The notes beneath the pieces are model-generated. The model was not told the DNA's origin. It was given only the letters and a program-made list of their open reading frames with translations, and did no database searches. Both the position numbers and the translations under genes were made by a program. Below are positions 9,772 through 20,032 of a stretch of DNA of 64,000 nt, in pieces. The DNA is taken from contig CAVZJA010000012.1 in NCBI GenBank assembly GCA_963775355.1, positions 14,795 to 78,794 on the forward strand, read 5' to 3'. This DNA is from an uncultured Actinomycetota bacterium. Its GTDB lineage: Bacteria > Actinomycetota > Thermoleophilia > Gaiellales > Gaiellaceae. Position 1 is the stretch's first letter. Each line of letters begins with the position of its first letter.

Positions 9772-9837
9772 GCCTGTGGAGAAACCGGCACAGAGCTGGC
9801 ACAGACACGTGACATCTCTCCAGGCAGCCTGGATGGA
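9772..9837 (+). repeat. intergenic motif copy B (TGTGGA-N4-CCGGCAC-N4-CTGGCAC...CACGTGACA...ATG)
   Basis: Homologous to 7073..7138. It sits between the leuS stop and the comEA start. Confidence 0.7.
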
Positions 9838-10460
9838 TGCCGTCATTCACGCTCACCCGGCAGCAGGCGGTCGCCCTTGCGGCGGTCGCACTTGTGGCTG
9901 TGTTCGCGGCCGCGCACTTCCTGGGCGGGAAGGGCACTGCGTCGGTCACGGAAGGCACGACGGCCGACATCCCGGCGCTGACCACGCCGTCGGCCACGTC
10001 GTCGAGCGAGGCGGCGGCGCCAGCCTCGGCGGCATCGATCGTCGTCGTCGATGTCGCCGGGGCTGTGCACCGGCCGGGGCTCTACCACTTGCCGCAAGGG
10101 GCGCGAATCGCTGACGCGATCGCTCACGCGGGCGGCCTGACGAAGCACGCCGACTCGGCGCTCGTGAACCTTGCCGCTCCGCTCGCCGATGGCGAGCAGG
10201 TGCTCGTGCCGTCGAGCGTGCCGGGAAACTCGGCGGCCAGCGCGTCCGCGGCCGGGCCTTCGCCGACGGCCCCCGTCGACCTGAACACGGCAACCGCCGA
10301 GCAGCTCGACGCGCTCCCTGGAGTCGGCCCGGTGACTGCGCAGAAGATCATCGATTACCGCACCCAGAACGGGCCGTTCAGATCGGTGGACGACCTCGAT
10401 GCGATTCCCGGCATCGGGCCGGCGCGGATCGACAACCTCCGCGGGCTGGTGATCGCCTGA
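9837..10460 (+). CDS. comEA: ComEA-like DNA-binding competence protein (TM + SLBB + helix-hairpin-helix)
   Basis: N-terminal TM helix. Has RPGLYHLPQGARIADAI and the C-terminal HhH LNTATAEQLDALPGVGPVTAQKIIDYR. Confidence 0.85.
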   Translation: MPSFTLTRQQAVALAAVALVAVFAAAHFLGGKGTASVTEGTTADIPALTTPSATSSSEAAAPASAASIVVVDVAGAVHRPGLYHLPQGARIADAIAHAGGLTKHADSALVNLAAPLADGEQVLVPSSVPGNSAASASAAGPSPTAPVDLNTATAEQLDALPGVGPVTAQKIIDYRTQNGPFRSVDDLDAIPGIGPARIDNLRGLVIA

Positions 10461-11905
10461 GGTTTCGGCCCGCACCCGCTCACACGCTGGCCGGCGCACT
10501 GGCAGCCGGTCTCGCGCTCGCGAACGTCGGGCGCTTCCACGGGATCGCGCTCGTGCTCTCCGCGCTTGCCGGCCTCGTCGCGATCCTCGTCGACTCGCCT
10601 GTAGCTCGCATCGGCGCGCTCGCGCTGATGCTCGTGCTTGCCGGCTGGTGGTGGGCGAGTGGCCGTCTCGATGCGCTCGACCGAAGCCCACTCGCCGCCG
10701 AGATCGGCCATGCAGGCCGCGTTCGCGTCGTGATCACGGCGCCGCCGGTCGAAGGGCAATTCGATCTGCGGGCGCAGGGCCACGTACGAACGTTCGACGG
10801 TCGCTCGATCGACGAGCCGGCGCAGCTCGAGCTACAACTCGGCCGCTCCCCGCCGCAGGGCGCCATCCTCGACGCGCTCGTCGTCGTGAAGCTGCCGCAG
10901 GGGCCGGAGAACGGCTTCGACGAACGCACGTGGCTTCGCCGCCACGGCATCCACGTCGTGCTTCGCGTCGACGAATGGGCCCAGGTCGGCTCCCGCGGCG
11001 GACTTGGCGGCGTCGCCGATCGGCTGCATCGCTGGCTCGGTCGCTCGATCGCACCCGGTCTCGGGGGAGAGCGGCGCGCCGTCCTCGAGGGGATCGTTCT
11101 CGGGGATGGCGCAGAGCTCTCGCCGGGTCTGCGACAGGACTTCCAGGCCTCGGGGCTCTACCACATCCTTGCGGTGAGTGGCCAAAACGTGGTGCTCGTC
11201 GCCGCGGGGGCGTTGACGCTCGCGTGGCTGCTCGGCCTCGGCCGCTGGGTCGGCGAGCTCGGGGCTCTCGCCGGGATCGGTGGCTACGTGCTCGCCGTCG
11301 GCCCGCAGCCGTCGGTCATTCGCGCCGGGATCGCCGGAGGGCTCGCGTCGCTCGCGTGGCTGACCGGCCGGCTGCGCGACGCGTGGCAGGCGTTGTTGCT
11401 CGCGGCGATCGCATTGCTCGCCTGGAACCCGTACGCGATCTACGACCCGGGCTTCCAGCTCTCGTTCGCGGCCGTGGTGGCGATCTTCACGGTCGTCCCC
11501 CGGATCGACCGGAAGCTCGAGCGGACGCACCTTCCACGCGGCGTCCGGATGGGCGTGGCGGTCTCGGTCGGCTGCACGCTCGTCACCGCGCCGATCGTCT
11601 GGTTGCAGTTCAGGTACCTGCCGCTCGTCGGGGTTCCCGCGAATGCCCTTGCCGAGCCGGCGATGCCGCTCCTGCTCGGGCTCGCGTTCGTCACCGCCGG
11701 CCTCGATTCGTTCGCGCCCGGCGCCGCCTCGATCGTCGCGGGGCTGAACGGGTGGGTCGCGGCCTACATCGCGTTCTGCGCGAGAACGCTTGGATCGCTG
11801 CCGTTCGCGGAGATCACCTCACCGCGAGCCCTCGCCGTGGTCGCGAGCCTGTTGATCGCGACGGTCTACCTGGTGGCTCGCCGGGGCAGCGCCACAGCCT
11901 GGTGA
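10457..11905 (+). CDS. comEC: ComEC/Rec2 family competence channel protein (no metallo-beta-lactamase domain)
   Basis: Carries the LYHILAVSGQNV motif and multiple TM segments. The first canonical start is GTG 10553. The conserved hydrophobic N-terminus (TLAGALAAGLALANV) is open in frame back to CTG 10457, which overlaps the comEA stop. Confidence 0.75.
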   Translation: MRFRPAPAHTLAGALAAGLALANVGRFHGIALVLSALAGLVAILVDSPVARIGALALMLVLAGWWWASGRLDALDRSPLAAEIGHAGRVRVVITAPPVEGQFDLRAQGHVRTFDGRSIDEPAQLELQLGRSPPQGAILDALVVVKLPQGPENGFDERTWLRRHGIHVVLRVDEWAQVGSRGGLGGVADRLHRWLGRSIAPGLGGERRAVLEGIVLGDGAELSPGLRQDFQASGLYHILAVSGQNVVLVAAGALTLAWLLGLGRWVGELGALAGIGGYVLAVGPQPSVIRAGIAGGLASLAWLTGRLRDAWQALLLAAIALLAWNPYAIYDPGFQLSFAAVVAIFTVVPRIDRKLERTHLPRGVRMGVAVSVGCTLVTAPIVWLQFRYLPLVGVPANALAEPAMPLLLGLAFVTAGLDSFAPGAASIVAGLNGWVAAYIAFCARTLGSLPFAEITSPRALAVVASLLIATVYLVARRGSATAW

Positions 11906-11955
11906 ACTCAGGGCGCCGGCCGTGTCCTCGGGCTCGATCCATATGCTTGGCGCCG

Positions 11956-12927
11956 ATGGCCGACGACCTCAAGCCCGCTTACCTGATCGCCGGAACCGAC
12001 CGGCCCAAGATCGACCGCGCGGTGGAGCGGCTCCGCGGGCGCTTCGGCGCGGATGCGACCGAGATCCATCGCGCCGCCGAGACCACCGGCGCCGACGCCG
12101 TTGCCGGCTGCAACGCGCTCGGGCTGTTCGCCGACGCGGGGAGGCTCATCATCGTCGAGGGCATCGAGGGTTGGAAGGCGGAGGACATCAAGGAGCTCGC
12201 CGCCTACCTCAAGGCGCCCGCTCCCGCGACGACGCTGGCGCTCGTCGGCGGCGACCTGAAGAAGGACTCGCCGATCGCGAAAGCGGTGGCGGCCGGGAAG
12301 GGCGAGCTGCTCCTCTGGGACGTCCCCCAGAAGGCACTCCAGCGCTGGGTCTCCGAGCAGTTCGCGCTTCACGGCACGAAGGTCGAGCCCGAGGCCTGTC
12401 GCGCGCTCCTCGAGCTCGTCGGCGATGACGTCTACGAGCTCTCGTCCGAGATCGACAAGATCGCGACCTGGGCCAGCGGCGACCTCGTGACGGCCGGCGA
12501 CGTCGAGCGGCTCGTCGCAGCGCGCGCCGAGACCACGAACTTCGCCCTCACCGACGCGTGGGGCGCACGCGACATCGTCGGAGTGCTCCAGGCCTCGGAG
12601 GGCCTGCTCGAACGCTCGGGGGAGCCGCGGTCGCGGACGATCCCTCGCGTCGTCGGGATCCTCACCGGCCACGTCGCTCAGATCCGCAAGGTCCAGGCGC
12701 TGGAGGCGCAGGGAGTCCCGGCGAAGGACGCCGCGGTGACGCTCAAGCGGCATCCGTACTACATCGGGAAGCTCTACTCGCAGGGCCGGAACTACACGCC
12801 CGAGGAACTGCGCTCCGTGACCGTTCGGCTCGCGGAGCTCGACCACGCGTTGAAGGGTGGCTCGCGCCTCGCCGGCGACCTCGAGCTCGAGCGCGCGCTG
12901 ATCGAGATCACCTCGCCAGGCGGGTGA
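11956..12927 (+). CDS. holA: DNA polymerase III subunit delta
   Basis: MADDLKPAYLIAGTDRPKIDRAVERLR...; delta-subunit-like length (323 aa); conserved position after comEC. Confidence 0.8.
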   Translation: MADDLKPAYLIAGTDRPKIDRAVERLRGRFGADATEIHRAAETTGADAVAGCNALGLFADAGRLIIVEGIEGWKAEDIKELAAYLKAPAPATTLALVGGDLKKDSPIAKAVAAGKGELLLWDVPQKALQRWVSEQFALHGTKVEPEACRALLELVGDDVYELSSEIDKIATWASGDLVTAGDVERLVAARAETTNFALTDAWGARDIVGVLQASEGLLERSGEPRSRTIPRVVGILTGHVAQIRKVQALEAQGVPAKDAAVTLKRHPYYIGKLYSQGRNYTPEELRSVTVRLAELDHALKGGSRLAGDLELERALIEITSPGG

Positions 12928-12945
12928 ACTCGAGCCCGAGCCCAT

Positions 12946-12965
12946 GCTGCTCCTGACGGAGCGGC
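12946..12965. terminator. hairpin between convergent holA and rpsT
   Basis: GCTGCTCC-tgac-GGAGCGGC, an 8-bp stem including one G-U pair. Confidence 0.35.
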
Positions 12966-12969
12966 GCGG

Positions 12970-13317
12970 CTAGGACTTGGCCTTGGACTTGCTCTTGGAA
13001 GCCGCAGCCTTGGGCGCTGCAGCCTTGGCCGCAACCTTGGGCTCCGGTGCCGGAGCTGGCTGGGCCGACGCCAGGCGGGCCGCCTGCGACTTCTTCCGCG
13101 CCCCGGCGTTCCGGTGGAGTGCGCCGCGAGAGACCGCCTTGTCGATCCAGCGGACGAGCGTCCGGTGCTCGGTCGCGACCGCGTCCGAGTCGCCGTCCTC
13201 GACCGTGACGCCGAGCTTCTTGGTCAGCGTCTTGATCGTCGAGCGGTACCGCAGGTTCTCGAGGCGCTCCTCGGAGGCTGTGCGGATGCGCTTCTTCTGC
13301 TGCTTGATGTTCGCCAT
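12970..13317 (-). CDS. rpsT: 30S ribosomal protein S20 with Ala/Lys/Pro-rich C-terminal extension
   Basis: MANIKQQKKRIRTASEERLENLRYRSTIKT...; the tail is AQPAPAPEPKVAAKAAAPKAAASKSKSKAKS. Confidence 0.9.
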   Translation of the reverse strand: MANIKQQKKRIRTASEERLENLRYRSTIKTLTKKLGVTVEDGDSDAVATEHRTLVRWIDKAVSRGALHRNAGARKKSQAARLASAQPAPAPEPKVAAKAAAPKAAASKSKSKAKS

Positions 13318-13546
13318 GTCTAAAAAGGTCTCCCGCGAGAAAACGCCCGCATTGGTGCGGGCACACAGGCGATCGTAGCAGGCGGTGACCGGCACCGGCA
13401 GCGCCGCTCCCTATGCTCAGGGCGTGGACGACGACCAGCGCGCCCGGGAGCGACACGCCCGATTCCAGGCGCGCAACGAGCGCCGCCGTGGGCGCGGTGA
13501 CCCCGACTGGCAAACCGAATCGGCACTGTTCTCCTGGGCCGGCGCC

Positions 13547-15175
13547 ATGACGCCCGGGGAGGGCCTGCCGATGGGGCCGGCCGTCCCGCTGCCGACCCAG
13601 CGCCAGCGCCGCCTCGGAGGCGCGGTTCTCATCTTCTCGTTCGCCACCGGCCTCTCACGCGTGATCGGACTTGTCCGCGAGGTCGTCGCGTCCTACTACT
13701 TCGGTGCGCACGGCCCGATCAATGCGTTCACCGTCGCCTACCAGTTCCCGAACCTCGTCCGCGCGCTGCTCGCGGACGCCGCGCTCTCCTCGGCGTTCGT
13801 CCCCGTCTTCAGCGAGCTGATCGAGAAAGGCGAGCGCAAGCGCGCATGGCGTGTCGCCTCGAGCCTCTTCTGGCTGATGCTGCTCGGGCTGACCGCGCTC
13901 AGCGCGTTCTTCATCCTGATCGCGCCGTGGATCGTCCGTCTTTTCGGCGTCCCGGGCGGTAACGAGGCTCTCGCGGTCGGGCTCTCGCGCGTGCTCTTCC
14001 CGATCGTGATCCTGCTCGGGATCTCGGGGATCGTCGTCGGGATCCTCAACACCTACGACCACTTCTCCGTCCCGGCGCTCTCCCCGGTCTTCTGGAACCT
14101 TGCGATCGTGGCCGGGCTCGTGCTCGGCGTGCCGCGCACGAACAGCATCAACACCCAGCTCTACATCTACGCATTCGCGATCCTGATCGCCACGTTCATC
14201 CAGGTACTCCTGCCGATGCCGTGGCTCCGCGGCCTCGACCGCGGTGAAGAGCGCCTCCGGGTCGTGATCGACTGGCGTGACCCCGCCGTCAAGCAGACGT
14301 TCAAGCTGATGCTGCCGGTCACGCTCGGCCTCGGGCTGATCAACATCAACGCGCTGATCGATGTCTTCTTCGCGTCGCGCTACATCAACCCCGATCTCGC
14401 ACCGACCGCGATCCAGAAGGCGTTCCTCATCTACATGCTCCCGCAGGGGATGTTCTCGGTCGCGATCGCCACCGTCCTCTTCCCCCGGATGGCGCGGCTC
14501 GCAGCACGCGGCGACAACGACGGCTTCCGGGACACGGTCTCGCTCGGGATCCGACAGATCACCTTCCTGCTCTTCCCGGCTGCGGTGTTCAGCATCGTCC
14601 TCGCGACGCCGGTCGTGCGGATCCTCTTCCAGCGCGGCGCCTGGACACCTACCCAGACGCCTGTCACGGCCGACTGCCTGGCCGCGTTCAGCATCGGGCT
14701 CGTCTTCAACGGCGCGATGCTGATGCTGAACCGGGCGTTCTTCAGCCTGCAGTCGAACTGGATCCCGACGGCGGTCGCACTCGGGAACCTGTTCCTGAAC
14801 GCCCTCCTCGACTACCTCTTCTATCCGCTCGGAGCGTGGGGGATCCCGCTCTCGACCGCGCTCGTGAACGTCGCCGGCACGATCGCTCTCGTCTACCTGC
14901 TGCGCAAGGAGATGGGCGGCATCGACGGCAGGCGCACGGCGGCGAGCGCTGCCCGCATCGTGCTCGCGGGGGCGGTCGCCGCCGGGATCGCGTTCGCCGT
15001 CTGGAAGCCGCTCGATGAGGCGCTCGGCCACAACCTGTTCATCACGCAGCTGATCAGCCTTGCGCTCGCACTCGCCATCGGTGTGGGCGCCTACTTCGGC
15101 TCATGCCGCCTGCTGCGCGTTCGCGAGCTCGACCAGGTGCTCGCCTTCCGCCACAGCCGGCCCGCCGCGCAGTAG
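13547..15175 (+). CDS. murJ: lipid II flippase MurJ
   Basis: FATGLSRVIGLVREVVASYYFG, about 14 TM segments, LPQGMFSVAIATVLFP. The start is uncertain; the ORF opens at 13385. Confidence 0.85.
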   Translation: MTPGEGLPMGPAVPLPTQRQRRLGGAVLIFSFATGLSRVIGLVREVVASYYFGAHGPINAFTVAYQFPNLVRALLADAALSSAFVPVFSELIEKGERKRAWRVASSLFWLMLLGLTALSAFFILIAPWIVRLFGVPGGNEALAVGLSRVLFPIVILLGISGIVVGILNTYDHFSVPALSPVFWNLAIVAGLVLGVPRTNSINTQLYIYAFAILIATFIQVLLPMPWLRGLDRGEERLRVVIDWRDPAVKQTFKLMLPVTLGLGLININALIDVFFASRYINPDLAPTAIQKAFLIYMLPQGMFSVAIATVLFPRMARLAARGDNDGFRDTVSLGIRQITFLLFPAAVFSIVLATPVVRILFQRGAWTPTQTPVTADCLAAFSIGLVFNGAMLMLNRAFFSLQSNWIPTAVALGNLFLNALLDYLFYPLGAWGIPLSTALVNVAGTIALVYLLRKEMGGIDGRRTAASAARIVLAGAVAAGIAFAVWKPLDEALGHNLFITQLISLALALAIGVGAYFGSCRLLRVRELDQVLAFRHSRPAAQ

Positions 15176-15226
15176 CGCATCGACGGCCGACCTCGCCTGG
15201 CGCATCCGCTCGGCGCGTGAGCCGGC

Positions 15227-15409
15227 GAGCACGAGATAGAAGACCCCGTTGGCGATTCCCGCGGGCCAGTTCCAGATGCTCTCGCGGACGAGCACCCAGA
15301 CCGAGAGCGCGCCGGTGACGAAGCCGAGCGTCTCGGTCATGCAGAAGGGCAGCGTGCCGGTGGTGCTGCCGGCGATCAGCAACGTGGACGCGCCGATGCC
15401 GATCGTCCA
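15227..15409 (-). pseudogene. pnuC: N-terminal remnant of a PnuC-family nicotinamide riboside transporter
   Basis: TETLGFVTGALSVWVLVRESIWNWPAGIANGVFYLVL matches the first two PnuC helices. The reading frame then runs into the antisense of the murJ 3' end with no further similarity. Confidence 0.45.
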
Positions 15410-15627
15410 GTCCCTGAGCCTGTCAGTGCGGCTCCGAATGCGTACGAGGGTTGGCACCTCGGCCTCGTGGTGGTTTCCGCCGATGGTTCGGCGGTTCGCC
15501 CGGGACGGGCCAGGGATCTCGATCAGGAACGCCCCCTGTGCTGTTTCGCACAAAGTAGCAGGTTTGCGCCTGCAGGTCAAAAACCCCGATCGAGCCTCAC
15601 GCCGGGGCGTGCTCGTACTCTACGACG

Positions 15628-17420
<1,793 letters not shown>

Positions 17421-17421
<1 letters not shown>

Positions 17422-17747
17422 TGGCGCCCGAGCCCGTTTCGGAGGCATGGGTGGCCGACGTCCGCGCGGCGCTCGCCGGCTTCCGCAGGGTGTTCCTCGG
17501 GCAGCTCGTCCCGGGTGAGAGCTCGTACGAGCTCGTGCTGACGACGCGGCCATCGCCACCCGACGGCGAGCTCGTCGACGCGATTCGGCAAGCGCTGGAC
17601 GGCCTGATCGGCCGCGAGGACTCTCCGATCTCGAAGGCTGGGGCCTCGCCCTGGCACTTCTACCCGCCGGTCGACGAGCATGACCACGATCTCTTCGCGA
17701 GCCTCGACTGGTCGCACGCCGTTGTCGTGCACGAGCGCGTCGACTGA
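17421..17747 (+). CDS. hypothetical protein embedded in the lepA-hemW operon
   Basis: 108-aa ORF with high GC3. Its GTG overlaps the lepA stop (TAGTG) and its stop overlaps the hemW start (TGATG). Confidence 0.5.
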
Positions 17748-18895
17748 TGGCAGGTCATCTCTACGTTCACCTTCCGTTCTGCGCCCATCGCTGCGGTTAC
17801 TGCGATTTCGTGACTGCGGTCGGCCGGAGCGGCGACCATGCCCGTTACGTCGACGCACTGCTCGCGGAGCTCGCGCTCGAGAGCGAGCTGCTGGCGCCCG
17901 AGGTCGAGACGATCTTCCTCGGCGGCGGGACCCCGACCTTCACCGAGCCTGCGGCGCTCGAGCATCTGCTCGCGGGGCTGCCCGACGCCGCCGAGGTGAC
18001 CGTCGAGGCGAACCCGGAGACGGTCACGCCCGAGCTCGCTGCGCTCCTGCGGCGCAGCCGCGTGAACCGCGTCTCGCTCGGCGCCCAGAGCTTCCAACCC
18101 GGCCTGCTCGAGGTGCTGGAGCGTGTTGCCGGCCCCGACGACGTCCGGCGCGCTGTCTATCTTCTTCGTGATGCCGGGTTTGACAACATCTCACTCGATC
18201 TCATCTACGGGATTCCCGGCCAGAGCGCCTCCGAGGTAGAGCGCGACCTCGCCGAGGCCCTGGCGCTCGAGCCCGAGCACCTCTCCGCATACGAGCTGGA
18301 AGCAAAACCCGGAACGCGCTTCACGCACGCCCACGGAGCCGAGCTCGCTCGTCAGGCCGAATCGATGGAGTCCTACTTCGAGCTCGTGGTCGAGACGCTG
18401 ACCGGTGCGGGATACCGCTGGTACGAGACGGCGAACTTCTGCCGGGCAGCGTGCGTCGACGGGGCGGGGCGCGATCTGCGTTCGCATCACAACCTCGGCT
18501 ACTGGCTCGGACACGACTACCTCGGCCTCGGTGTGGGCGCGGTCAGCACAATCGAGAATCGACGCTGGCGGAACGCGCCGTCGATCCGGGGCTACCTCGC
18601 AGCGCTCGAGGCGGGTGGGCGCCCACCGCGGGAGCCGGAGGAGCTCTCCGACGAGGTGCGCGAGACCGAGCGCGTCATGCTCGGGCTTCGGCTCGATGAA
18701 CCGGTCACGGTCGCCTCTGCAGGGCTCGACCGATGCGAGCTGGAGCGGCTGGAGCGCCTCGGGCTCGTGAGCTCCGCGGGCACGAGCGCGGATGGCCACG
18801 TCGCCGCGGCGTCCGAAGGTTCGCTCACGGCGGTGTCGCTGACGGCGAAGGGGCGCTTCCTCGGCGACGGGGTGACGGCGCAGCTCCTGGCCTGA
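17747..18895 (+). CDS. hemW: radical SAM heme chaperone HemW (HemN-like)
   Basis: Has CAHRCGYCDF (CxxxCxxC) and the GGGTPT motif. Confidence 0.9.
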   Translation: MAGHLYVHLPFCAHRCGYCDFVTAVGRSGDHARYVDALLAELALESELLAPEVETIFLGGGTPTFTEPAALEHLLAGLPDAAEVTVEANPETVTPELAALLRRSRVNRVSLGAQSFQPGLLEVLERVAGPDDVRRAVYLLRDAGFDNISLDLIYGIPGQSASEVERDLAEALALEPEHLSAYELEAKPGTRFTHAHGAELARQAESMESYFELVVETLTGAGYRWYETANFCRAACVDGAGRDLRSHHNLGYWLGHDYLGLGVGAVSTIENRRWRNAPSIRGYLAALEAGGRPPREPEELSDEVRETERVMLGLRLDEPVTVASAGLDRCELERLERLGLVSSAGTSADGHVAAASEGSLTAVSLTAKGRFLGDGVTAQLLA

Positions 18896-18936
18896 GCGGC
18901 TCGGCGACGCCTGCAGTGGGCGGGGCCTCGCCTACG

Positions 18937-19983
18937 ATGAGTTCGAGCATGAGCGCACGAGCGGAGCTGTCCGAGCGGCAACGGGAGATCCTGACGCGGG
19001 TCGTCGAGGAGTACGTCGCGACGAGCGCGCCGGTCGGCTCGAAGCTGCTCGTCGAGCGGAGCTGGTTCGCGGTGTCGACGTCGACCGTGCGCGCGGAGCT
19101 TGCGGAGCTGGAGCGGCTCGGGCTGCTCACGCACCCGCACACCTCGGCGGGGCGCGTGCCGACCGAGGCCGGCTATCGCGTCTACGTCGACGGGCTGCTC
19201 GCGCGGCAGGATCCGAAGCCGGCCGAGTTCCCGCTCGCGCTCGGCGGCGCACGGCCGGAGGTCGAGGAGGCGCTGCAGGTCACCACCGAGACGCTGTCCC
19301 AGGTGACGCGGCTGCTTGCGCTCGTTTCGGCGCCACCGCTCGAGGCCGCCACGGTGCGGCACGTCGACGTGCTGCAGCTGCAGGCGAACGTCGTCGTGAT
19401 CGTCGTGATCACGTCGACCGGTGAGGTGACGAAGCAGCGTTACACGTTCGGCGAGCCGCTCGACCCGGGGCTCGTGACCTGGGCCGGGGACTATCTCCGC
19501 GAGCGCCTGACCGGCCTGCGGCTCAAGTCGCGGATGCTCGCCCGCGCGTTCGAGGAGCCCGGGTTGTCACCGCGTGAGCTGGCATTCCTGGCGATCGTCC
19601 GTGGGGCCTTCGACGACCTCGAGGACGAAAGGGAGCTCTACGTCGGGGGTGCCGCAGGGCTTCTCGACGACCTTCGCGACGAGGAGATGGTCGCCTACCG
19701 CAGCCTGATCGACGCGCTCGAGAAGCGCGCCTCTCTGCTCGATGTGCTCGCCCAGTCGCTCGGCGTGCGCCGCCCGTTCGCCCGCGTCGGCGACGAGCTC
19801 GGAGAGTCCGGCCTGCACCACCTCGCCATCGTCGGCGCGAGCTACGGCTACGCGAACCAGCAGCTCGGGACGGTCAGCCTGCTCGGGCCGATCCGGATGG
19901 ACTACGAGAAGGCACTCGGAGCCGTTCGCGTCGCCGCCTACGAGCTCTCGCGCTTCGTCGAAGAGGTCTACGGCGACGAGTAA
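18937..19983 (+). CDS. hrcA: heat-inducible transcription repressor HrcA
   Basis: LSERQREILTRVVEEYVATSAPVGSKLL winged-helix N-terminus, in the conserved hrcA-dnaJ order. Confidence 0.9.
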   Translation: MSSSMSARAELSERQREILTRVVEEYVATSAPVGSKLLVERSWFAVSTSTVRAELAELERLGLLTHPHTSAGRVPTEAGYRVYVDGLLARQDPKPAEFPLALGGARPEVEEALQVTTETLSQVTRLLALVSAPPLEAATVRHVDVLQLQANVVVIVVITSTGEVTKQRYTFGEPLDPGLVTWAGDYLRERLTGLRLKSRMLARAFEEPGLSPRELAFLAIVRGAFDDLEDERELYVGGAAGLLDDLRDEEMVAYRSLIDALEKRASLLDVLAQSLGVRRPFARVGDELGESGLHHLAIVGASYGYANQQLGTVSLLGPIRMDYEKALGAVRVAAYELSRFVEEVYGDE

Positions 19984-20032
19984 TCGAGGCCGCTGCCGGT
20001 GAGCGCCACCCTCACTGGCACGATATGAGCCC

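Noticed and set aside
5754-9815. 1353-aa ORF on the minus strand, and similar giants at 43996..47205, 38203..40131 and 13655..15031.
   Set aside because: These are shadow ORFs opposite well-supported genes (leuS, livHM, the Tat protein/capA, murJ). Their composition is Arg/Pro/Gly/Asp-rich nonsense, as expected from stop-codon scarcity in very GC-rich DNA. Only the lysA N-terminal segment within 6770-7061 is real.
15410-15627. A TPP or other riboswitch upstream (minus strand) of the pnuC remnant (GGGGGCG...CCUGAUCGAGAUCCC...GAACCGCCGAACCAUCGGCGGAAACC).
   Set aside because: It contains scattered TPP-like words but lacks the CUGAGA and ACCUGAUCYGGNUAAU cores in the correct order. A degenerate relic is possible but not supportable by eye.
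18896-20032. A CIRCE operator (TTAGCACTC-N9-GAGTGCTAA) expected near hrcA/dnaJ.
   Set aside because: I saw no such inverted repeat in the short spacers upstream of hrcA (18896-18936) or dnaJ (19984-20032).
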